DNA from: Nitrospirota bacterium | GTDB lineage: Bacteria > Nitrospirota > UBA9217 | DNA: 64,000 bases | Direction of reading: 5' to 3' | Assembly (NCBI GenBank): GCA_963737155.1 | Contig: CAVTRN010000001.1 | Coordinates: forward strand, 608,001-672,000 | Part shown: positions 41,505 through 51,953 of the stretch, one piece after another | Numbering within the stretch: the stretch's first letter is position 1 | Layout: each line of letters begins with the position of its first letter | Made by a program: the position numbers and the translations under genes | Notes under the pieces: generated by a model | The model's input: the letters and a program-made list of their open reading frames with translations, nothing else | What the model was told of the DNA's origin: nothing | The model's database searches: none

Positions 41505-42986
41505 ATGAAAAAGCTTCTTTTGATCGTATCAATAGTTCTTTGGGCAGCCTCAGCACATGCGGCGAATCTTTATGTCACTCCGTCAGGTACAGGCAGCAAG
41601 ACAGGCGCCAATTGGAGCAATGCCTTGGCGTGGCCTCCGTCATTTGTGAGGGGAAATGTCTACTATCTCTCGTCAGGCTCTTACGCGGGTATAGATTTTA
41701 ACACGCCAGATTCAGGAACTGCAACTATCTCAATTATCGGTGCAACCATTGCGAATAGTGGCACAGTTGCAGGATGGGCTAACAGCCTTTCGGTAAGCAA
41801 CGCAGACGGCGGCAGTCAGGCAACTTTTACATCGGCGATTGAATTTGACACCGATTACTGGGTATGGGATGGAACCGTCGGGCCTAATTGGGACATGAAC
41901 GGGGCCGATTATGGATTCGCATTCAGCAGCGGCGCGACAAACAATGTCACCCTCGGAACCAACGGCAACTCTTCCACTTGCGGGAACAACATAACGAGCA
42001 TTACCCTTAACCATTTTTATTCTGCGGCCATGACGGGCAGCCCAGGTTCTTCGTCGGTTGGGAAAGTATTTCTAGACTCTCAATCATACGGCGGGGTTAT
42101 GTCCAATCTCTATATTGGACATTATCTTATTAATTATTGGCAAGTGTTGATAATGACAAGAAATGGTTACTGCGGTGGGGGAGGGTATAACGCAACCCCT
42201 TGGGGTCCAATAACAATCGAGTATGGAGTTTTTGAAAATGGGTATAGCGACTCCTGCAATCATGGAGAAATGATTGACCCCAACAACGGGCCAATCTCTA
42301 ATATGACATTCAGATATAACTATGTTGTCGGAAATTCCACCGGTACTTCAAGCGGCTGTTCTACCGCAGGATCGACAATGGTAATGGGTGGCAACAATTC
42401 AGATTTAACCAATTCAGAAATTTATGGCAATGTGTTTAATAATACCTTACAAGGGGATGCAATTATCAGCGATACGGCAGGATCAAAAGCTGAAGATACC
42501 GGGGGGGGTTGCCTTATAAATGTACTTGTCTATAATAATGTTTTCGCTAACAGTTTCGTAGATGACTGTTCCGTTCTTCAGGCAAATAATAATGGTGGAT
42601 CGGGAGAGACTTCATCGGGAAATGTTGCCTATAACAATATGTTTTATAATATCACTTCCAGTTGTAGTGGTCCTGCTTACAGTATCAGCGGAAGCTTTAC
42701 GCATGATTATAACTGGTATGAGGGGCAAGGAAGCGGAGCCTCCGCAGAAACACATGGTCAGACAAGTTCTTCAAACCCGTTTGTTAACAACTCTACGACC
42801 GCGCCCTTTACCGGATTTGAGATTAACGCTGACACGAACGCTGGTAATACTCTAGCATCTCCTTATAATGTTGACCCTCTTGGAGCCACGCGCGGAGCAG
42901 ACGGTGTATGGGACAGGGGAGCTTTCCAGTATGTGACCAGCGGTACTGCTGTTCCAATGCCCCCAACCTTACAACTTATTAACTAA
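41505..42986 (+). CDS. Secreted Asn/Gly/Ser/Thr-rich protein, probable right-handed beta-helix (glycan-active)
   Basis: GGAGG RBS; signal peptide AHA/ANLYV; repeated I/VY.NVF.N turns; WDRGAFQY tail. Confidence 0.7.
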   Translation: MKKLLLIVSIVLWAASAHAANLYVTPSGTGSKTGANWSNALAWPPSFVRGNVYYLSSGSYAGIDFNTPDSGTATISIIGATIANSGTVAGWANSLSVSNADGGSQATFTSAIEFDTDYWVWDGTVGPNWDMNGADYGFAFSSGATNNVTLGTNGNSSTCGNNITSITLNHFYSAAMTGSPGSSSVGKVFLDSQSYGGVMSNLYIGHYLINYWQVLIMTRNGYCGGGGYNATPWGPITIEYGVFENGYSDSCNHGEMIDPNNGPISNMTFRYNYVVGNSTGTSSGCSTAGSTMVMGGNNSDLTNSEIYGNVFNNTLQGDAIISDTAGSKAEDTGGGCLINVLVYNNVFANSFVDDCSVLQANNNGGSGETSSGNVAYNNMFYNITSSCSGPAYSISGSFTHDYNWYEGQGSGASAETHGQTSSSNPFVNNSTTAPFTGFEINADTNAGNTLASPYNVDPLGATRGADGVWDRGAFQYVTSGTAVPMPPTLQLIN

Positions 42987-43068
42987 CATTTGTATATCAT
43001 CGATTCTAATGCTAGTCATGATTAGTATAAAAAAGACTTATTTATGTAATAGTCCCAAACTCCGTTAG

Positions 43069-43717
43069 GGGCGTCTTGAAATCTATCCAGCTTACTGCGG
43101 TTGATACGACGCGATCTGAATGCCGATAAGTTCGTGGAATCAACATAAGGGATTATCACTCCGGGCAGAACCTTCTCGTCGTTTCATCAACCGAGATTGC
43201 CAGAAGTAGGTTAATCGCTACGTCGTAAGGCAGGAGTAGAAAGACCTAAGACTGAGGCAACCGGGTGCAGTCTATAAGAAATCTCCCCCTGACGTGTAAG
43301 CCACCTTGGTCTAATTTCTCTTTTGGGAAGAAAATTGGTCAGTACCATGTATATGCGTTTAGGTACGGGAAGTTTATGAACGGCATTGATAGCCGACTGA
43401 GGGAAGCCTTCAGACCTCTTTTTTTCGATGACCTGGGCAATAGGGAGTTAGGTTTTGGAAAATCGATGCAGCCAAGAGGTGTCAGCGTAGCTGTAAGGGT
43501 TACACCGGTAATGCCGGGAGTATCACGATGCGAGCAGGGGATCCGTTCCAAGTGAAAACAATCCGGAATCGTAATATAGTAACGATATCGTCCTAATAGG
43601 AACAAACGACACAGTGCACTCTTCAGAGGAGGTTACTGGGGTCATCGGATGCGGGCAAACTGCATGTCCGGTAACAACGGGGGCTTGGCTGTGGCGGCAT
43701 GGCCATTTTCTACCCAC
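43069..43717 (+). mobile_element. ORF-less, partly decayed group II intron (about 650 nt)
   Basis: Domain V-like GTCATCGGATGCGGGCAAACTGCATGTCCGGTAAC (43641-43675); domain VI with TGGCTGTG/CATGGCCA hairpin, bulged A and ...CTACCCAC end; 5' boundary GGGCG is tentative. Confidence 0.7.
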
Positions 43718-43914
43718 AGAGGGTTTACCCTTATAATGAGTAAATTGTCATTAGAAGCATAGGTGAAACTGGAACCGTGTTTTTAATGGGCATGTATGCA
43801 TTTCGTTTGAGAATGTTGCGAAAAGATATTTTCTAGCATCATGCTGGAGGTTCACAGCTATTTGAACTATTCGGCTAATTCGCATGGTTGCTTTTATATT
43901 GGATGACCCGTCCG

Positions 43915-44694
43915 CTACTTATCCTCCGGTAATGATCTTGGATCCTCAACCCGATAGATTGGCGCTGATTCTTTGTGCAGTAATCGCGCATAGAGTCTAC
44001 GAAGGCGCCTCATGTGAAGGTCTCCGTCAAATCGTGATATTCTAATACATGGAGTATATATAGGCAGGTATTTTTTCCATCGCTTTTTGACATGCCGATA
44101 ACATTCATAAAATTCTTTAGGCAAGCTCAATATTTGGTTCGTATTATGGATGCAAAAGGCAGGAATCACGTAAGACGTCATCTCGATTTCTTTCGCAGAC
44201 ATGCAGATATCGGTACCATACAAGTGGAAAGATGGTAGGGTTGGATCAAACTTCAGACCAGATGATTTTTTTATAACCAACACTATCTCGTCCAAGGCTT
44301 GAACCGGCTCGGGTTTGTTAATCTCGCGACCAATAGTCCCCCAGCCATTTGAATATACACGTCCAATTTCTTTTCCTCTCTCCCATCCTTCTCTTGTCCC
44401 GAAGCATCCCAGAACTCCCCAATTAATCTTTTCTCTTTCAAAATAGGATAGGGATAGTCTTAGACTCATAAACCATTGTTCCGGTAAATATATATCCTGA
44501 TGAACAAAAAGGATGATTTCGTTTTTCGCTTCTTCGATGGCTTCGTTATAGGCCAAAGATGCAGCATTGTAATTACGTTTGATTATAAGTTGATTTTTGC
44601 CCTCATTACTGAGACCAGGCGACAAACACAGGTTCTTATGAAGTACATCCATATCATTTACAGCGGCAACAATTGTAAATTGCTCCTGTTTCAT
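43915..44694 (-). CDS. GT2-like glycosyltransferase (Glyco_tranf_2_5 type)
   Basis: YNEAI..A..EIILFVHQD, LDE, FHLYGTDIC. Confidence 0.85.
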   Translation of the reverse strand: MKQEQFTIVAAVNDMDVLHKNLCLSPGLSNEGKNQLIIKRNYNAASLAYNEAIEEAKNEIILFVHQDIYLPEQWFMSLRLSLSYFEREKINWGVLGCFGTREGWERGKEIGRVYSNGWGTIGREINKPEPVQALDEIVLVIKKSSGLKFDPTLPSFHLYGTDICMSAKEIEMTSYVIPAFCIHNTNQILSLPKEFYECYRHVKKRWKKYLPIYTPCIRISRFDGDLHMRRLRRLYARLLHKESAPIYRVEDPRSLPEDK

Positions 44695-44974
44695 TAGTCC
44701 TCGCTCCAAGGGCTCCCTTGCTGTCAAATTTTTAAAACTTGGCTACAAGGGTAAAATGCCTGCATTCTCAATGGGTTAATCTATAATAAGGTCTCAGAAG
44801 GATGAAGCTACATCTTGAGGCTACCTACACTGAATCCAGAATTGACGAACAGAAATATAACCTTCTCTCTCATCAACCTCAAGACAAAGGCAAGTAAAAC
44901 ACTCAGAGAATATCTTCGTCTCAAAAATCTGACATGCATGCTGCCTGACATCTGACCCAAAATAATGGTAAAAA

Positions 44975-45847
44975 TTACCCACTAGAATTGCACTTGATCC
45001 AAAAATATTTTAAATACATGCGCAAGGTCTTATAATAATATCCGGATCTGCGATATGACCCTGCAAGGCTGCGCATTTCTTGCAACAATCCTTTTTTTGC
45101 CCATTGGGCTAAAGTAGTGTCCTTGGACTTTAGGCGATCAGCTAATGAATATTTTATCGCGTTTATTCTATCCAGGTAAATTCTTTCTTTATCATTTACT
45201 CTGTCATTCCCGGGGCTGTAAACAGCCAAAGCATCGGCTATATAAGCCACTCGATATCTCGATGCAAGTCTAAAATAAAGTTCTAGGTCTTCTGAAGTTC
45301 TAAATTCTTTGTCAAAGTAGCCCACATCCTGAATAACTGTCCGCTTAACCATGAATGTTGTTGTCAGGAATAAATGGCCTGTAGTCATCATTCGTCGATA
45401 TGCCTCCGTCAAAATGCCTGTTTTTATCGGCGGTAAGCCAAGTTCTCCTTTATTAACGTATTCGTTCCACGAAGTAATTTTTTTACCATGCAAATTAGAA
45501 AAAGAAAGATCATGGAAACACAAGTCTGCATTCAGATTAATGCAATGTGAAAGTTGAATTTCTAATTTATTGGGCAACCAAATATCGTCAGAATCGAGAA
45601 AGGCCAGCCATTCCCCGCTTGCGTGGTCAATGCCATTATTTCTTGCCAATGCTGGGCCAGCATTATCTTGATAAACATATTGAATACGGTGCATGTAGGG
45701 TTCCAACGTCTTTCTTGTCTCATCAGTAGAACCGTCATCGACAACAATAATTTCATAATCTTTGTAGGTTTGTGCAAAGACACTGTTAATAGCTCTTACG
45801 ATATAGCTGGCCCGATTATACGTGGGGATTATAACACTGACCTTCAT
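44975..45847 (-). CDS. GT2 glycosyltransferase
   Basis: VSVIIPTYNR, VVDDGSTD, AFLDSDD, SED. Confidence 0.93.
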   Translation of the reverse strand: MKVSVIIPTYNRASYIVRAINSVFAQTYKDYEIIVVDDGSTDETRKTLEPYMHRIQYVYQDNAGPALARNNGIDHASGEWLAFLDSDDIWLPNKLEIQLSHCINLNADLCFHDLSFSNLHGKKITSWNEYVNKGELGLPPIKTGILTEAYRRMMTTGHLFLTTTFMVKRTVIQDVGYFDKEFRTSEDLELYFRLASRYRVAYIADALAVYSPGNDRVNDKERIYLDRINAIKYSLADRLKSKDTTLAQWAKKGLLQEMRSLAGSYRRSGYYYKTLRMYLKYFWIKCNSSG

Positions 45848-46422
45848 AGATCTTCTCCAATTTCTTGTGACCGATCAAAATTGAAGCCAGCAGCGCAAAA
45901 CAAATACTGTGATTTCATCGCGATGAGCTTGAGATTTATCTGAAAGGGATACTTTTCTTCGTCTCATCTTTAATTTTTAGTATAGTTTTCAGGGCGCCAT
46001 CCAGGTGCCCGCAGAGAAGTCCATCCCTGCCCAAATCGATTTCTTTAAAATTTCGTGGTAATATGTTGCTTGACCCCTCGTAAGGCCGGGCCCGCTAGTG
46101 GGGTAATTTCTTAAGCCCATTACCGATTCAGAAGTCATGCAGCGACAGCACAACCCTTCTGCAATGATTCTCGTGCGATGGCAACTTGTGTTCGCTCCGA
46201 GACCTAACAACCGAATATCACCTCGACATTATCAGGGCACCCCAATCTGAGGCGGAGTGTCACTAAGTGATAACAGGCCTATCTAAAAATTTTCTTCTTG
46301 TGCAATACATTGCCTGGCAGCGTAAAATTTATCACATAGCATCTGACCGTCCTGCACTGTTGTTAATAGTACAACACCTGGCCCTTCATGGTTTATTTGT
46401 TCTCCATTTCTCCATGGATCAA

Positions 46423-47895
46423 TTAATCTATATTGCCATAAAGTGTGTTGCACTGTCGTAAAAACCTGTTCATCGACAAAATAATATCAAACAACCTCGC
46501 TTTATACCGACGTAAATCCATTACACGTCTCCTAACTTGGCTTTCAATTTTATTGTCTGCACGAAAATATTTCGCATGGTAGGGTTCAGTCGTCTTCATT
46601 GCTCGCAATTTTTTATCATGGACGAGGGCCGCAATCATAGCTATGATCATGTACCAGAATATAATAATTTGATCAAAGTAAGATACCGAGAAGAAAGACG
46701 CGACATGGCCAAATATTGCACAACCCATGGACCAAATCATTAATCGCTCAGGTAGGGTAAAGCGGGTCTCATTACGAACAGATTTGCCGGTAATCTTAAA
46801 GCACTCGACTATCAGCCAAATAAACAGACCCATTGAGAGAATGCCCCCGCTAACCCCTTGAGCGATAAATTGATTCGTCATATCAGCTGAACTAGATTCG
46901 AATGCAAGGCCCGTGGGCATCCAACTTGCTGTGTACCCTGTACCAAAAAGCCACCACTCATTAAAATGACGGACGGCTGCATCTATCAGGGCAGAGCGGT
47001 ACCACCCTCCACCTCCAACCACATCACTTAAGCGAGATATCACGAACCATACTGGCGCCTTCATAACGACTTGTAAAGCCAGCAGGAGTATCACTAATCC
47101 CCACCTGATTTTCTTCATGTGGGACCTGAAAATCCAGCAGAACAACCCGACTATACTTAGCATATAGGCGAGAAGCGGACCACTTGAAGCTGAGAAAGCA
47201 ACGATGGCTGTGGCTGCCAGAATGGCACCACCCACCAGTAGTCGGTTCCGGGCATTGTAGAGCCATAAGCCTACAAAAAGAGGTAATGCAGTTGCTCCAA
47301 AAGTTCCAGCAAGAATAGAATGCCTAAATGGTCCCTGACAACGAATCCGGCCGTCACGAATCTCCGATAATACGGGCACTCCACCCAAAGCGGAAAAAGG
47401 GTTTTTCCCGGTCATATGTTCCACTGCAAAAAGGACGGCAAGAGGGATAATAATAATACCAAGTATCTTAATATTATAAACTACGTCATCTAAATCCCGT
47501 ACCAACGCCCGAACGAAAATATAAATTCCGAGCGTATTGTAAGCTCCTCCAAGGCGCTCGGTGATTTCGATGTTGGTTCCGCCGAAAAGAGGGATGAGCA
47601 AAGAACTCACCATGACCCATGCTATTAAGACCTTATCAATGGAGTTTAATTTAATACTGAATATTTCCTTCTTGGCAAAGATCCTGATAAAGCCGAAGAA
47701 TATTAGGATTCTAATCAAGTAAAAGTGCAATCCGCCTATGATAAGGACCTGCCCAAGCGTCATGTAGCAACCGCCTACCAACAGGGGAGCTAAAGCGTAT
47801 CGGCGTGGTAAAACCAACAAAAGAAACCCTAGACATAACGTAAAAAAAAGGCTGGTTCCCGTTAGGGTACTTATTTCTGGCTCTATATGATACAT
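46423..47895 (-). CDS. Wzy/O-antigen ligase-like polytopic membrane protein
   Basis: About 11-12 hydrophobic segments; R.QGPF.H.ILAG, SASSGP, YR..LID, W.FG.G; lies in a polysaccharide locus. Confidence 0.75.
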   Translation of the reverse strand: MYHIEPEISTLTGTSLFFTLCLGFLLLVLPRRYALAPLLVGGCYMTLGQVLIIGGLHFYLIRILIFFGFIRIFAKKEIFSIKLNSIDKVLIAWVMVSSLLIPLFGGTNIEITERLGGAYNTLGIYIFVRALVRDLDDVVYNIKILGIIIIPLAVLFAVEHMTGKNPFSALGGVPVLSEIRDGRIRCQGPFRHSILAGTFGATALPLFVGLWLYNARNRLLVGGAILAATAIVAFSASSGPLLAYMLSIVGLFCWIFRSHMKKIRWGLVILLLALQVVMKAPVWFVISRLSDVVGGGGWYRSALIDAAVRHFNEWWLFGTGYTASWMPTGLAFESSSADMTNQFIAQGVSGGILSMGLFIWLIVECFKITGKSVRNETRFTLPERLMIWSMGCAIFGHVASFFSVSYFDQIIIFWYMIIAMIAALVHDKKLRAMKTTEPYHAKYFRADNKIESQVRRRVMDLRRYKARLFDIILSMNRFLRQCNTLYGNID

Positions 47896-48007
47896 GTTTT
47901 CACTATTTTATTGTTTTATACATGTCTTTATGATTTATGCATATATCTTCTGGAACTTTTTTCGCTTTGTGCTCGCCAATGGAACCCGTAAGCAATTCAT
48001 TGAAGGC

Positions 48008-48340
48008 GCAGAGTAGAGAATGCCTATCACCAAGGCAATTATCATCGGACGAGCAGTTTTCGCGCATCCGTCAATCCCGTGCATAGCCCTAATTGGGGAA
48101 CTGGAGACATCGTTAATTGAAGCTGATCAGGGTATAGTACGCAGCAACAATAACTCATCCGCTTAAATTCTCCTCTGTCCGGCTTGTTCAACCCCAGCCA
48201 CTTGTAGGATAGCCAGCGTTTTTGAATATGCAAAAGCAGACGCTTCCTAATCCATGTATCTGATCAAACATTCCAGCCATTTTGTACTAGAACTCTAATG
48301 TAATCTGATCTCTACCCTGCTCAAGCAAAGCACACAAAAT
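48008..48340 (-). mobile_element. Group II intron 3' relic (maturase tail plus domains V/VI)
   Basis: G*..DY...DTWIRKRL...IQKRW maturase-like frame with stops; GACGGATGCGCGAAAACTGCTCGTCCG; TGCCT/AGGCA hairpin; CTCTACTCTGC end. Confidence 0.62.
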
Positions 48341-48368
48341 TGGGATATAATCGTCTAGGAAAAGTCCC

Positions 48369-49250
48369 CTACTGACGCGGTCTGCGAATACGTATTCCTA
48401 ATCTTCCTAGTTGTTCCCTTCGAAGGTAGTCCACAATCTCAGTCGAAACTTCAATGCGGTCACCCCTTAAGCCAGACCATGCAAATCCAATGAACTGAAA
48501 CAACGCTCGCAGGAAATAAGGTCTTTCCCGGAGCCTACGAATGCACTTCGCTAATTCAAATAAGGGATGGCTACCAACTGTGTAGTCCATCTTACCTTGT
48601 CTGATCGCATCTTTAAATATTCCGCGCTTTGATTCGCCAGGCTTGTGATGATATGCGACAATGTCAGGAAAGGCCGTAACTGCCCAGCCATTCTTACGTG
48701 CAAGGATCTCACACATCCAATCTTCGCCACCATGCGACAATGGCATGTGGCCACCAATTATCTCATAACATTCCCGACGAAATAATTGTATGGCACCCGC
48801 TACGGATTTTCTAGAATTTGACGGCCTGCTCCCGAAAAAATTTCCCTGGCGCTCATAAATGAACCCACCGGCTATGCCGAGCCTTGCATCTTCGTTAAAC
48901 CGGCGGAGGATCCGTTCGTAATAGTCACTTCCAAAGGTGATATCGGCATCTAGGATACCGACGAATCGATACGAGGTATCCTCTAACGATGCATACCCTT
49001 TGTGGATTGCGCGAACCTTTGAGGCAAAGCTAGGTGATGTGACTGGCTTTTCTATGCGGACGTGTTCGATAAATTGATGCTCTTTAGCGAAATGTTGGAT
49101 AATAGTGTCAGTATTGTCAGTAGATCCATCGCTAACGATTACCCACTTGCGCGGGATAACCGACTGAGCCAGCACTGTTTCGATGGTAGCGCCAATATAA
49201 TCTCCTTCGTTGTAAGCGGCTGTAATCAAAACGTATTCACTCTGTAACAT
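48369..49250 (-). CDS. GT2 glycosyltransferase
   Basis: YVLITAAYNE, VSDGSTD, LDAD, GGED. Confidence 0.9.
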   Translation of the reverse strand: MLQSEYVLITAAYNEGDYIGATIETVLAQSVIPRKWVIVSDGSTDNTDTIIQHFAKEHQFIEHVRIEKPVTSPSFASKVRAIHKGYASLEDTSYRFVGILDADITFGSDYYERILRRFNEDARLGIAGGFIYERQGNFFGSRPSNSRKSVAGAIQLFRRECYEIIGGHMPLSHGGEDWMCEILARKNGWAVTAFPDIVAYHHKPGESKRGIFKDAIRQGKMDYTVGSHPLFELAKCIRRLRERPYFLRALFQFIGFAWSGLRGDRIEVSTEIVDYLRREQLGRLGIRIRRPRQ

Positions 49251-49265
49251 AATACTTTCCTTCAG

Positions 49266-50303
49266 TTATGCGGGGCGTGATTCGTGGGTTAAATGGCGCA
49301 CCCACTTCTCGCGACCCAATGACCAGCGAAATATCTTAACCCATTTAGACAAAGATATCCTGAGCGCGTCACGTATGGATCTCCGTGGGATTGTTGCCAT
49401 AAGGCTAACCATTAGCATAACTCGGAAAAATGCTGCACAACCTATGGCTACACGATAGAGATTGCCATACAGTCTACCACGGAATTTAGTCAGAAAGAGA
49501 TACAGTGATTCACGCATGACAATAGCGGCAAAGTGATTGCGCTCCCGCTGTTTGCTACTACCGCCGCCGTGGTGAACGACCGATACGGCAGAGGTATAGT
49601 ATACTACGAAACCAAGGGTGCGAACTTTATAGCACAAATCTGTATCTTCTGCATACATGAAATAGTCATTACTGAAGAGACCTGCAGCTTCGAAAACATG
49701 GCGTTTGATCATCAAACACGCACCGGAAACGACTTCAACCGGTGTCGGGATCTCATTACGTTTAAAAAGTGGTAATGCCCCCCAACAAGCCATTGAAGGG
49801 AAACGCCGCCGCAACAAATCAGCATCAAGCACCTGGTTTAGTATCGTCGGAAACGCCTGAATACTACTCGTTTGAAGAGTGCCGTCAGTATTCAGAAGTT
49901 TACAACCAATAGCACCCGCATCGGGGATTTCCCATAATAGTCGATGCAAAGTGGAGAGGACTTGTCCTAACAATTCAGTATCGGGGTTTAGGAACAACAG
50001 CGTCTTCCCACTGCTTTGTCTATAGGCAAGATTATTAGCTCCTGCGAATCCTAAATTGATGGAGCTTTGAACGAATCTGACCTGTGGATATTGATCCAAA
50101 AGCATCGCATCGCATCCATCATAGGACGCGTTATCAACGACGATAACTTCTAACGAAGGAATGCCTACATCACGGTAGATAGTTTCGAGACATTTCCGCA
50201 CATAATGAGATGATTTCCAGTTGACAATAATAATTGAGATGTCCACAGGAATTGCAGTACACAGAACACTCAAGAGAGGAACCCCCAGTTTTTTTTGAAG
50301 CAA
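49266..50303 (-). CDS. GT2 glycosyltransferase (WbbL-like); start uncertain
   Basis: SIIIVNW, VVDNAS, NLGFAGANN, FLNPD, VSGAC, FMYAEDTDLC. Confidence 0.9.
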   Translation of the reverse strand: MLQKKLGVPLLSVLCTAIPVDISIIIVNWKSSHYVRKCLETIYRDVGIPSLEVIVVDNASYDGCDAMLLDQYPQVRFVQSSINLGFAGANNLAYRQSSGKTLLFLNPDTELLGQVLSTLHRLLWEIPDAGAIGCKLLNTDGTLQTSSIQAFPTILNQVLDADLLRRRFPSMACWGALPLFKRNEIPTPVEVVSGACLMIKRHVFEAAGLFSNDYFMYAEDTDLCYKVRTLGFVVYYTSAVSVVHHGGGSSKQRERNHFAAIVMRESLYLFLTKFRGRLYGNLYRVAIGCAAFFRVMLMVSLMATIPRRSIRDALRISLSKWVKIFRWSLGREKWVRHLTHESRPA

Positions 50304-50593
50304 CTTAGGCCGCGTATTGCAATGCGTAATGCGTCTCTAGCCTTGACCTTAACAAATACAACGACACAGCTATTAATCGAAAACAGCTTGCTTGATGGCA
50401 GGTAATTGAGGATAGACTCTTATCGCGGTCAAGATGAATGCACGGATCATTGGATGCTTAGAATTGATTTCTTTTATGTGGTCCATCCAGCGTATAAAAA
50501 CATTTAGGCACGATGCACGACTCTCCGCTCTCCGCCACCTGACAACATGATTCCTTCCATAAATGCCGAATTGACCCCAAGTAATTGCCCTTC

Positions 50594-51589
50594 TTACAAC
50601 CATGGATTATGCTTTTTCCTAAATAAGTTAAGCAATGAGACTGATGAACGATATCCATAATGGAGCACAATATTCTTTGCTCCATAATACCGAATCCATT
50701 CTCCCAACGTAAAATTAATTTTCTTATTCCGAACTTCATTTGCCAATTTCTCATTTCTTGTATGAAACGCGAGACGCAATGAATAATTGCACCATTTTGC
50801 TTCTTGCTCACTTCTAATGCTTGCGGGGAGATCGTATTTATTACACAGATAGAGGAAAAGCTCTGAGCATGAAATTGCAAATTGCAAATTTTTTATGATG
50901 TTTTTACTTCTGGCAGCTGATTCTTCCAGAATGTTATAAGTAGCCAGAGATTCAGGTATGTAGTGCAGTTGAGCCTTCGTTGCTATCTCCGCCCAAAGTT
51001 GAGTATCACCCATAAGAAAATGAGCGTTCTGGTGCAGGTAGGGGTCCGCTTCAATAATCTGCTCATAAAGAATCCGCCGGATCATAACAGTCAATGTTTG
51101 AGTTCCAGTCTTACTTTCCACAAAATCAGATACACTCGGATTTTCCGGTATCTTCCACTTTCTGTGTTTTATAAAATCCTCTATTCTTTTCTTTTCTTTG
51201 ACAATATACACATCATAACTGGAATACACCAATCCACATTCGGGGTGGCTCTCCATATAATCCACTTGTTTTTGCAGTTTGTAGGGGTGGTGCCAGTAAT
51301 CATCGCCTTCACAGAAGGCGATGTACTTTCCTTGGCAGGCCTTCACGGTGCGGAGACTATTCTTTTTCATTCCGACATTTTTGTCTGACGTGACCACTCG
51401 AATGATACCTGGGTACTTCTTTTGATATTCAAAAACAATGTCCCGTGTGCCGTCGGTAGAGCAGTCCTCTCCAATAACTAACTCGAACGTGTAGTTCGTT
51501 TTCTGCTGTAAGACGCCCTCGATAGCTTGGGCGATAAATGGCGCGTGGTTATAGGTTAGCATAGGAACGCTTACGAGAGGCTGTGACAT
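50594..51589 (-). CDS. GT2 glycosyltransferase
   Basis: PLVSV.MLTYNH, GEDCSTD, AFCEGDDYW...KLQKQV. Confidence 0.92.
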   Translation of the reverse strand: MSQPLVSVPMLTYNHAPFIAQAIEGVLQQKTNYTFELVIGEDCSTDGTRDIVFEYQKKYPGIIRVVTSDKNVGMKKNSLRTVKACQGKYIAFCEGDDYWHHPYKLQKQVDYMESHPECGLVYSSYDVYIVKEKKRIEDFIKHRKWKIPENPSVSDFVESKTGTQTLTVMIRRILYEQIIEADPYLHQNAHFLMGDTQLWAEIATKAQLHYIPESLATYNILEESAARSKNIIKNLQFAISCSELFLYLCNKYDLPASIRSEQEAKWCNYSLRLAFHTRNEKLANEVRNKKINFTLGEWIRYYGAKNIVLHYGYRSSVSLLNLFRKKHNPWL

Positions 51590-51953
51590 TTCAAAAGACT
51601 CCCAACTGGACATTTCCCACTGTTAATGAGGCTGACCGACTTCAATAAATAATCAACCACAAGGATCCTTGACGGAATCGGCACTGACTCCAATCGCAAT
51701 GCTCTTTGGTTCATGTCAAACCTAGCGAATGATCCTTCTGCAGCAAGCTGCAGAGCCTCTACGAAGAGGAAGACTATTATCATTTGAGCATCCTGCGGCT
51801 TCTCAAACTCTTCCCATATAAGGTTACCCTCAAGCAATCTATAGGGAATTCCACATTAAAATTTCTTTGATTTTTTGACATTATCGCGATGCCAATCGCT
51901 CTATTATACGTAGAATTTAGAAATAAATCTCTATATCGTGTAATGCATGAAGT

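Noticed and set aside
43052-43070. CCCAAAC...GTTAG at the intron 5' flank as an integron attC site
   Set aside because: Too short, lacks the L boxes, and there is no integrase or cassette array
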